Source: Takakia lepidozioides
Taxonomy: Eukaryota; Plantae; Bryophyta
DNA: 64,000 nucleotides
Reading direction: 5' to 3'
Assembly: GCA_030704615.1 (NCBI GenBank)
Contig: CM060732.1
Location: 7,564,001-7,628,000, forward strand
How positions within the stretch are numbered: position 1 is the first letter of the stretch; every line of letters starts with the position of its first letter. This document shows, one piece after another, positions 26,397 through 37,257 of the stretch. Below the pieces are notes generated by a model that did not search any database, was not told the DNA's origin, and saw only the letters and a program-made list of their open reading frames with translations. The position numbers were made by a program, and so were the translations under genes.

Positions 26397-29065
26397 GAAA
26401 AAGTTAAAAAGAGATAGGGAAGATATTCATGTCATGTCAAGACATGGACAAGACCAACTAGGGTCATTTGTCAATTAAAGACATAAACAGCCCATGACAG
26501 GGCACCATCTAACATTTCCAGTCTTGTCATAACACACCAAATGACGCCACCCATTCAGTCATGATAAAACAGGGTGGGAGGGCGGGGTATGTTCATAATC
26601 AGATTCTTGTCATGTACCCAAGTGACCCTCTTGCACAATATAAGTCAGATTGCAGCCTCAGATTATATCATCCATAGTTATCCATAAGATATGCACCATG
26701 CAAGATATCATGGGCATATAAGAACTTCTTGCCACATTACAGATCCAAGATATGTATACACAAGTACCTTGAGGTGATCCAAGACAAGCATTATGCAAGG
26801 TAGGTAAGAATAGTCTGCCCTACAACACATTCAGTGAGTGTTCACACCGGCAGCAGGAAGGACCAGCTTGCAATTAATTACACTTCTGGCCTGCCACCAA
26901 GTACATTTCTTGGGCATGGTAAGCCATATTGCCGCTTCACATTTGGCCAAATGTAAGCACCCCAAAGCATGCATCGTGCAAGGCCTTCTAGGTATGTAAG
27001 AACAGACTGTCATTGTATATATTCAGGACCTGTGCACATAAGACTCTTGCTGGCCCATCCTGAAGTAAATTAGACTTCAAACATGCAACCAAGTGATCAC
27101 TTTGGGCATGACAAGACTGACTGCGACTTCATTCTACATCATGTACACTTGCCCCAAGATATACATCATGTAAGGCGTTTTGGCATGGAAGAAAGGCCTG
27201 CCCTGTCACAGCATCCAGATCTGGACACACATACACTTTGAGTGCCCAACACCAAGCCCACTTGGCCAAGATAAATCATACAATGCAGGCGGCTGTTCAT
27301 ATGGAAAAATAAAGTAAATAATCATTGGCCAGAGTCCTTTAGAGCTTACCGTCACTGTTTCACAGAAGGCTAATGCCATGTTTTGCAAATAGAACCTCAC
27401 TATGCTCCATTCCACAACAAATCCAGGTCTGAAAACGGCCTGTCACTGCCTTATCAGGCTGTCTGTTTTAACAAAACTCAGGTCTCCTCATCCTTAGAGC
27501 CAAACAGGCACTTATGATTTGTCCCTTACACCATAAATCCTCTTTTAAGGCCAAAAAAAGGGAAACCTAGTCTAAAAATCCACAGGCAAAGCTGTCAAAG
27601 ATTCAAGACAAGGTAGGATTCACATGCAGTGCTGCATGAGACAAGGCTGCCAGGCCAAAGTGCTCCATCAGCAGCAGCAAAAGATAAGTCAAAAGCAAGC
27701 ATCATCATGTCAAACCGGGAGCAAGCGGGCCGAAATCGGGGCTGCAGGCAGCAGCAGTATGTTCCTTTTGCACATATCCTTATCTGCAAGCTCAAGAGAA
27801 TTCAAAGTAGGTAGGGATCCTCACCTGGTCCCATCACAAGCCCCCACAAAAACCAATGGGTTAGTAAGGATTGTGGAACCCCAGGTGAATCACAGACCCC
27901 TACACTTGTTATCGATGTCAACTAAGAACCCCAAAAAACAAGAGAGAAAGATATGAAGTAAAAGGAATCTTAATCGCCAAAAGCACCTTGAGCGATTGGG
28001 GAAGGTAACACTGCGCCATCGCCACCAACACGCCACCTCCAGCACAGCTAAGGAAAAGCGAAGCATACAAATGCTAGGTCTAAGAAGGGAGAGGGAGCGA
28101 TATACTTCCCCACCAAAGCGCCGTTGCGAAACATAAAAGCCAGAGGAGGGAAAAGGATGATGCCATCACAGCGGGTTCTCCCGCCTGTGAGAAGAGACAA
28201 GACGCCGCCATTGCGCATCCCCAGGAGCTCGTCCGGCATGAAGCAGTAGACAGGGTAGCAGCAGAGCACAGACGCCATAACTCGCGAAGCTCAGCAGCAC
28301 GAGGAATGCAACTGACAACGGGAGAGACACCCTAGGGCAGAGCCCAATTTTTCATCCGGAGGATGAATAATCAATACCATTTCTCTTAAGAACCCGACGG
28401 ATGTCATCCGTTAGCTAGGTTTAAACAGTAGATTATAGGGTAGGAGTTAGGGTTTCACTCCTTAATTAGCAATAATTAAGGGTAATTAAAAAAATCTCCA
28501 TGGCCATCATAACCTGCTTTTTCCATCCGGTCCAAATGAAAAAAATAAATAGGTTCATTTGTTTGGATGAGGTCCATCAACAGGATGAAAAATTAGTATC
28601 CATCATCCAGGGCAGCGGTTTTTCATCCTAACAGGTAATTCGTCATCCCTTAAGAGAAAGCCTCATCCAATATGGAAAAAAAAAGCATAAAGGGGAATAA
28701 AACGAATTCAAATCCTGGTATTTTTCATCCGGCATGGATGAAAAAATTATAGATAGGATGCCAGTGTCATAACCCCTATGGAGGTAATTCCTCATTCTCT
28801 AGTGACTCATCTGATATAGATGAAAGTCAATAAAAGAGGAATGAAAAATTATAGGTCCTTTTTAAAGATACTTTAGTGTCCACCCAAGTGATTCTTCCGG
28901 TATGGATAGAAAACCTTTACAAGTCGGGTGAAAACACCTTTTAGAGTCCATCTGGTATAGATGGAAGATCTAAAAGAACACTGATGCAACTGGCCAGTTC
29001 CGAGGAGGGAGACAGAGGGGAGAGAGGGGCAACAATGAAAAAAAATGGGTTGGGGGGGGGGGGGG
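26397..29065 (-). mobile_element. Inverted block, at least partly the internal continuation of the CACTA family
   Basis: 28160-28860 is reverse-complement homologous to 59940-60520 (gggatgcgca.tggcgg; agggca..ga.ccc.attt.tcatcc..ggatgaa). The 26400-27500 part is unassigned. Confidence 0.55.
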
Positions 29066-29595
29066 AGGTCAGATGGTGGGGTCAGCTGCAGCATATGTCC
29101 AACACCAGATATCCTAAGTTAATCGACTCTATATCTTGGAAACAGGACCGCCCACCGACTTGTCAAACAGGCTAAGTCCTGGTAGAAGACAGTAGAAGAG
29201 ATTCTCAAGGACCTAGACTTGGAACCGCAAGTCTTCACCCTGCTGGATAAATCTGACTTAGAGGATGTAGTGTCCAACCATGTCTGAGGGCAACTTGAAG
29301 ACATTATTCATTTTCTGATACACTGTCCGGGGTTCTCTCACCAAAGAGACGCTCTCTTCAAGGGAATTGTGCATGTACCTCTGTTTACTACCTTTGAAAA
29401 AATCGAGGCTGAGCCAAAAGCCCAGCCCCTTCTGAGGCCTAGTTTTTGGGCAACTCACACACAGCAGATTGATGCTTGTGTGAAGGGATTTGTAGAGGAT
29501 ATCTGGAAAACCCGGATTAATTCTATATGTGAAGGTAAGTCTCACTACCAACATCAGCCCCTGACAGAGGTAGGATCTGTCCCTTTTGTTTCCCC
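29066..29595 (+). mobile_element. LINE 3'-region fragment, internally deleted
   Basis: Reverse complement of parts of 17975-18710. Confidence 0.9.
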
Positions 29596-29756
29596 AAGAG
29601 AGGGGCAACAAAGAAGCAGCTGCTCAGTCACTCCCCCCCCCCCACCACCTTCTTTTCTTTTCTTTGTTGCCCCCTGATGTCTCCCTCTCACTCCCTTTCT
29701 CAGTCCCTCTCAGTCCCTCTCTTCTGTGCTGCTCTCTTTTAAGCTCCTGACACCCT

Positions 29757-30181
29757 AAATTCAAGGTCAGATGGTGGGTTCAGCTACAACATATGTCCAA
29801 CACCAGATATCCTAAGTTAATCGACTCTATATCTTGGAAACAGGACCGCCCTGTCAAACAGGGTGAGCCCTAGGAGAAGAGAGTAAAAGAGATTCTCAAG
29901 GATCTGAATCTCGACCCACAAGTCTTGACCTTGCTAGATAAACCTGACTTGGAGAGTGTAGTGTCCAAAGCCATGTCTGTTACCAGAAAATTGTCCGATG
30001 AAAATGAAGTTAGGAAGAAACTTCCCTGAACCTGTTTCCAGTCTGTGACATGGAGGAGGACTCATGCTATGCGCTCAAAGGGTCTATCCCGCTCTTGGCA
30101 CCAGACCTAAATTTAAAGTCAGGGCAGGAAGACTACCTTTGAACAGTAAACAGAAGCAGAGAGGAAAGGGAGAGTGCAATT
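29757..30181 (+). mobile_element. LINE fragment
   Basis: Reverse complement of ~18295-18718. Confidence 0.9.
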
Positions 30182-30576
30182 TCCCTGACATACCTCTGCT
30201 GCTGCTGGTGCTTGTGGCGCGGCGAGCTGCTGCGGTGTTGTGCGGCTGCCAGCGGCGCGGGTCCCCGCCGCTGCAGGGCGTCTCTCCCCCGCTCACCACG
30301 GCTCTCTTTCTCTTCAGCTCGTTAGGTCGCGTCTCTGCGCGGCGTTCCTACCACACAGGCGAGAGAGACATCAGCCCGTGCTTAGGGCAAGAAAGAAAGA
30401 CAGAAGTGAGGGAGGAGGTGGTGCTTACCTTGGGCGTTGGGGCAAAACTCCTTGGGCCTGCGACCACCTCGGGCTCAAGCAGCAGGTGCGTTTCCCCGCC
30501 ACCCTAAACCCCACTCTTTGAACTACCTCTCTCCCAAAGAATGAACGAAAACGGGAGGGGAAATAGATGTTTGAAG

Positions 30577-33476
30577 CACTTAGGAAAAAAAAAAGACGCG
30601 GCGCCCACGTGCGACGCCCGGCCGTCGCACACCTGCACCCACTCTTTTTTGAAATGTAAAAATGAATATTGCGACAACTGGCCGTCGTTTCTTGCGACCC
30701 CCGGCCCCATAAATTAAAAAAACACGTCGCCCCCCGCGACGGATGTCCGTCGCAGGGTGCGATCCCCAGTTTATTTTTATTTATTTTTAAACAAAAAAAA
30801 AAAAACGTTTTCAATGCGACGCCAGGGTGTCGCAGGAGGCAACGGCCGGCCTTTCTGGATTTAGGGTTTAGGGCCTTTTGGGTTTCTTAGTTTTTATTTA
30901 TTTTATTTATTTTTTAATATGGTACTGGGTTAGGGTGTTTGCTTTTCTTTATGGTGCTGGGTTTTGGATTGCCGGGACTTGGGGTTAAAAGGATAAACGG
31001 TGTAATTAGGATTCACATACCCAAAATGTGGTTCAATCTGATAATCGCAAAGCGCTGGGTCTCAACAAATTTTTCCATAGTGTGAGCATCCTGAAGATAG
31101 AACGAGAGGAAGGATTTATTGTCTTGGGCTCTAGCACCATAGGGATGCTCCACCTTTGGTTACCAATTTTGAAAGCCCCGAGGCTGAGGCGTAGGGTTTT
31201 TTTGCCAACGGTTTTTGAGAAATGAAAATGTTGGTGGTGTGTGTTAATTAGGATGGGATGGTGAGGAAACATCGACCCGTCTCCCTCAAGGATGGGGAGG
31301 TAGTACCACATATTGATTGTGGCCCTAGAGCGACCATTTTTCGTGGCGAGGAGGCACCCATTGCACCTGATCCAATACAGGTTGCCGAGCACAATCGTAG
31401 AAGGGACCGGGGCCAATTTTCAGGTGATGCGGAGGATGTTGATACTCCGGGATCGAGTCGGGCGCGCCGCGGGTTGCCCCCTTACGGGCCACCCTGTCCA
31501 ACCACGTCCACCTTTGACCCCCCCCCCCTTGACAGGATTGTGTTGGTGCACTAAGTGTTGGGAACAGATACTGCCGGGCAGCACCAGACCACCGAGGCGG
31601 CGACCGCATGTTGTCGAAAAACATTACAAGAAGAACAAGATTGCGGATGCGGCAAATGTGAGTGTTTTTCTCACCCCTCTCATTAACATTCATTTAAGGT
31701 ACATTTAGGTTTATCTAATAATATAGTATGATTGGTAAGCATACATGAATCAAAATTACGACATAAGTATTGATGCGTCGTTCACTACGCACATTGCAGC
31801 CACGACTTGATGCCCAAGCTCGCAATCACATTGCACAGGAGGCATTTCGCGCCGGTCTACTTGCAGAATTTGTGCCAGAGCATGTGCCCGATGTGACCAG
31901 TTGGTTTTCCCAGCAGCACGTAGATGAGATGCGTAGGGTCGAGGGGTATCGTAGGTGTCATAGACGTTATGGCCGGCGACGACAGGCCCCCCCACCACCC
32001 CCCCCTCCAGTTTCCTCAGGCGGTCCCCTTGATTGTGGTCTCCCCCCCCCATCTGTTTTTGTCTGATCCACCTCCGGTTGTACCTGATCCGGACGTTGTA
32101 CCCCGGCTGCACCTCCGACATTACATCCTCAACCACCTCCACTTTCATCTCCTCCGCCAGCAGTACCACCTCCACCTCCACCACCACCACCACCTCCACC
32201 TCCACCTCCACCTCCACCTCCACCTCTACCTCCACGTGCATGTGCCCCCCGAACCCCTAGGAGGGATCGGCTTCGCCCTAGGTTTCCTCCCCTTCGGCTT
32301 GGGCGGCCTGAGCCGGATCCTCGCCCCCGATGGGAAGCGCATAGGACTATATTACTGAGGACCGTCCAGCCTCGTTGTTGGGGGAATCATCTCGACCCTC
32401 CCACCCCCATCCGAGAAAATGTGGAGTTCGAGTATTGGGGGAGACGGTATGTTGTGAGAGCCGCTACAGACCCTGCTATGGGTCGGGGTTTATTCACGGT
32501 CAATGATATTGTGGTTCCTCCTCGGAGAAACAACATGGTGGACTTGTTTCCCTACTACGGTCCATACTACACCTCCGTGGAGTTCCGTACATTACGCCTC
32601 GAAGCCCCATACATCCTACCCTATATTTTGTGTGTCAACGAACAGAATGTACGTAGACGGGGGTTGTCTCCCATTGAGATCAGATTTTGTGATGGTGACC
32701 CCGACATCTTTGGCAATGTTGCTGGGCTGGTCAATAGTTCTTTTGGTCATCCTAGGAGAACCAATGTAGTATGGGACGAGCGAAGCGATGGGCATGAGAG
32801 CTTTTGTGATCATACGTCAGTATACTGTGAGGGGATGCACATGTTTGTGATGACATGTGCTAGTAGGACTATTAGGGCTGGCAGCGAACTATTTGCATCA
32901 TACGAGTTTTCCCGGGATGATTGGGACGTCCGATTACAGCGTGAGTGGGATGTGTATGATAGAAATAGGGTTGCTTTGAGACAGGGATCGCGTAGATGGG
33001 CATTGTAGATATTCTCATGATGTACTTTGTATACATCCGATTAATCGATTGATGTAAAAAAATTTCTTGTTGCTCGTGTGGGTTGCAACTTTGCATATGT
33101 AATCTAAACATACTTATGCACATGTGGACCAAATATGAGCTTGAACCAAGTTGATTCAATGGGTCATTCTAGTGTTGAACGCAGTTACATGTCATAGAGA
33201 CGGAAAATTGTGTTTCGCCTGCAGATGATTTATTTTATTTTTTTCCATTTTCAAGCCATATGCTTAATGATAGCATATGCAATGTGCATGCAAAATTTGG
33301 GAGTAAACAAAAATCATTTGGACCCATAACCAGATTTTGTTCTCTCATTTGCACTCCAAAGTTGAGTTATCTTTAACTTTATGCACTTTTTATAGAGAAT
33401 TTTGCAAAAGTGACCCTAGAAATACACTTTTTTTTTTCCATTTTTTTTTTGTCCCATTTTTTGCATGGATGTAGTG
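30577..33476 (+). mobile_element. Third CACTA-related segment, carrying a SET-domain gene
   Basis: Degenerate CACTTAGGAAAAA start, GCGACGCC repeats at 30590-30850, and a possible TGTAGTG end at 33470-33476. No TSD match, so the boundaries are uncertain. Confidence 0.5.
32421..33008 (+). CDS. SET-domain lysine methyltransferase-like ORF (C-terminal part of a broken gene starting near 31258)
   Basis: GRGLF, PYYG, GNVAGLVNSS and RTIRAGSELFASY occur in canonical SET order. Upstream are a CWCTKC...H exon ending at a gtgagt donor and a CCACCT poly-Pro tract. Confidence 0.75.
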   Translation: MEFEYWGRRYVVRAATDPAMGRGLFTVNDIVVPPRRNNMVDLFPYYGPYYTSVEFRTLRLEAPYILPYILCVNEQNVRRRGLSPIEIRFCDGDPDIFGNVAGLVNSSFGHPRRTNVVWDERSDGHESFCDHTSVYCEGMHMFVMTCASRTIRAGSELFASYEFSRDDWDVRLQREWDVYDRNRVALRQGSRRWAL

Positions 33477-34141
33477 GTGCAAAGCCCGATGTCACAGAAC
33501 AAAATAGAGCTAAAAAGAAAATCATTACGCCCCTCAAAACCGCAATCATATATTTTCTAATCAGCCGTTTGCTGTTTTGAAGTACTGCTAGTACTACCGA
33601 GCACCCTTTTCAAAAATGCTTGTACATTTACATTTTATCAAACTCCTGCAGCAGCACTATAGCGTTGCGATCCATAGTCAATTTCTTGACCTCTTTCGTT
33701 GGGAGCAGGGAAATTGCAGATTTTGGCCGCACATAATCTGCTTGCCTACCTCTTGCAGGGCTCTGCAAAATTGTAGGCCAATCATGATAGATCCAACAAA
33801 ATGCCATCGTTGGTAGTGGGCCCCGGATTTTTGGGCTCCTTTGGGTTTTTTTTTGTTTTTTTGTTATATGACATATTACACTTTTGGATGACGGGATGAA
33901 GACAGATGCAGGTGTGACTTCGAGGCCTTCATCCCCGTAGGATATGATTGCATCCAACAAAACAAAATTGAACAAATTTGCCCAAAATTGAAGCAATGTC
34001 TCGTGGTCAACACAGTGGAAATCAAATTTTAGCTTTTGGACACTTTGAGAAAACCAACCACTTTTTGGGTGTTTTGCTATATGATTCAATGCTTTGTAGG
34101 TCATTGCAATAGGCTCTATCAGCCTGTACACTATACTCATA

Positions 34142-36530
34142 TGTGCCCCAGCGGGCATCCTTGCCTGACAGATTTGTGAAGAGGGAAAAAAGAGGAAAGA
34201 GCACCATGAACGATTACTTTGCAGGAGGCAGATAACAGAAGAATTTGAACCCAATGAAGGAAGTGTCCATTGATTCCAGTCTTCTCCATGGCACCTATAA
34301 ACAAGGACCAATCTTCTTGATTGTTGCAGATCCGTTGGGTCACCTTCTTGGTTTGAATGATGGCATAGAAAGACTGAAAATTCCTAGATCTATGCCTGAT
34401 CCTTTCACTATTAAAGCCTCCTTTGCGCGGACGACACGATGCTCCTTATTGATAACAGCTCACAGAAAAATGTCTCCTGAACGTTGGATACCCTTCAATT
34501 GTTCTATGATGCCTCTAGTCTTCGTGTCAATTGGTCTAAATCTGTAGCTATTCTCTCTATATTTCTGAATGTCGGCTCCTTGCGCACTCATTCTGCCCCA
34601 TCTAGGCCTATACTGGTTACAGAAAGGACATGCCCACACCCTTCTCGGACACCTCATCGGGCATGGGCTGTCTGAGGAAGTAAAGGTTGGAATGATGGAA
34701 TGATAGATCGAGGGTCGGAGGGGAGAAAACGAAAGAACCATAGATCGTTGTGTTTTTTTTTTTTTTTTTTTTTGGGGCCATTAATTGGCTTTTTCTTATC
34801 CCTCGGCCTTGACCTGGTCCATCCGGTCGTAGTAGTAGGCCCTGAAGCGCAACGAAGGGTGAAGCATGCAATTTCATTGTATGTGCATGCAAAAGCCCAT
34901 CAAGCTATGCAATTGTTACGGGCGTTATGTATATAAGTTTGGGGGTGATATACCCATCGTAGGGCCGCTATGGCTGGAAAGCCCATAAGAGATATAGACC
35001 TGCGGCCTGCGAAGAGAGTTGTGTCCTCGGGATTTATTGGAAGAAGAGTAAACATTTACACAGCAAAGGTACGCAGCAGTGATTTCCAAGTTTTAAAGGC
35101 TGAGGGTGTCTGGAACGTGCTGGCAAAGTTTGCAGGGTTCTCGCATTTCTCTCATATTTGGGACTCTTGGGCATTTCTTGTCATCTCAAGAGGTTTTAAC
35201 TTCACTTTCTATTAGGAGAGCTCTTGCTCTCGAATTGCTTATTTAGCAAATTCCCTCATCTTGGATATCGCTACCTCAGGGTTCTCCCTGCTTGGCTAGG
35301 AGGGGAGTATGGTCCTTCTTCTTATGCCTTGTGCGATTAGAGTCTTTTGCTTGCTCTCTGGAATAACTGATCCCATTCCCCCTTAAGATATTAATCGTTA
35401 TTCTGGGAGCTTTCGTTGGTTTCTGAAGGCCCACTTAAAATTGCTGCAGTTTGACCCAGCTGAGTGGAGTTGGATGATCAGGAAACATGACCCCTTCTTT
35501 GCTTACTCTGTAAAAATGGGTTACTCACTGCTGAATCCGCCTTGCCTAATGCATGCTAAGTGGAAGTCAAAGTGGAGGCACGTCCATAACTCCGAGCTAC
35601 CCTATAAAGAAATATGGGCTGACATAATTTGGAGGAAGGATAGGGCGGCAAAAATCTCTGGTTTCCTCTGGAAGCTAGCAAACCGAATCCTACCTGTATC
35701 TTTCTTCATCACTGACGATCCGGGTTACTGCTCATGTTGCTCGTGTTGTTCTCAGCTTACTTTAGAAACGATAGAACATTGTCTTCTGCAATGATCGGTG
35801 TCCTCTTCTATCTTGAATATGATGCTCTTGTTTTATGCTTTCTGGAATTCGAACTGCCCCAGATTACCCTCTGTCTTGATGTTAAAAGTTCATTCACATG
35901 GCATTTGGAGTCACATGCCATGTGGGGGCAGCCCTTCGTGCCCACACCCTCTGGAACATCTGAAAATCAAGATGCTCTTTGGTCTATGGTGGTCAGTTGC
36001 GCTGTGTGAGAGCTATTATGAATAGCGTTCACTCAGACCATATGTCTGAAGCCAGGAAAGCTTGGAATGTCCTTTGCGCAGCTTTTCCCAGAGGTTCAGA
36101 AAGGAGGAGAAGGCAACTACTCGCTGGCTTTGACAACACCTTGGGCAAAGGACGGCCATTTGTGCACCACAACCTCTGATTCCACTATTGACTGGAACGA
36201 CACCCTCCCGACGTGCTGGCAGCTACATTAGATGGTGACGAATCGGATGTAAACCGGAGAGAGAGACACAGTTTCAGGAAGGGGAAATCTAAAGCCCAGC
36301 TTTCCTTCAAGCCCTCTAAACGTAGGAGGGGCAACCCCTAAGTTCTTGTCCCTGTTTTCTTCCCATACTTTTCCATTAGCTTTCTGTTAGGACCTACCTT
36401 TTGGCTCCTCTAGCTCACGGGCCGTGTGCCTTTTCTCAGCTTCCATGGCCTGTCATGTGAGGTTATTTTTTCCTCATTAGAAATACATTTGCCCTCCCTC
36501 AGGGCCTTTTCCAAGAAAAATAAAAATAAA
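34142..36530 (+). mobile_element. 5'-truncated L1-type LINE with a short 5' inversion (34142-~34307)
   Basis: Minus strand reads ..KSVRQGCPLG; plus strand continues PIFLIVADPL..SFA(DD)T..LRVNWSKS, then zf-RVT-like IW...KISGFLWKL...LP...C..C...ETIEH and an A-rich tail. Confidence 0.85.
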
Positions 36531-37257
36531 ATGCCAAACCTCCCTTTAATTGAGCAAAACACCACAGATTGGAAGCCCTGACACAACCCTATTCTGAGCC
36601 TTGAGAACTAGTTAGGCTGTTGCTCCTCTTTGACCAGAAGAATTGCTGCAAAAATGGAGCACTCAATAAAGTAAATAGGGGTAGATATAAGTCCTGGGTT
36701 CCTGCACAAACTACACAAAGCCGTTCTTTATTGCAGATCCTATCCCCCCAAGATAAAGGGAGGATCACATTTCATAAATGGCCAGACACCTCAGCACTAC
36801 AAATGAAACAAACCAACCATAGAGAGAGCAACCAAGTTGCAGAACATGTGCTCAACAGATAGTGCATCTGCATTTTAAGGAATTAGATATCACATTGTAG
36901 GGATCATTTCACTCGGACCGCAAAGAAATAGAAGCAGCTAAGCTGGATGGTACAATGCATTGTGACTTGATGACAAAATGCATGCATTGTCCAACTCAAT
37001 GGACATAGACTATCAAATGTAGAATTTTGCATCCTTGTTTCAAGTGATCTTGATACTTAAGTCCAATAACAGAAGGATGCGCAAAATTGAAGACCAGCTT
37101 TGCATGAAGTTGCTTGTAGAATGGTTGCCAGCACATAGACAGCATAGCTCTGACCATATGTGTGGAGATGGAGAATGTGACTAGTTCCAATTAGTTGAAA
37201 GGTCTGATACAACATTGCAAGAGCAACTGAAGAGTACCCTTCTTTGACTACAATGGT

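Noticed and set aside
30859-30872. TTTAGGG telomeric repeat
   Set aside because: Only two units; a telobox-like motif, not a telomere array.
31756-32358. VEVEVE / HLHLHL / TSTSTS ORFs
   Set aside because: Alternative frames of a CCACCT microsatellite (poly-Pro).
22179-33476. One continuous CACTA element
   Set aside because: Only 7 terminal bases match (CACTACA) and the flanks AGA/GTG are not a duplication.
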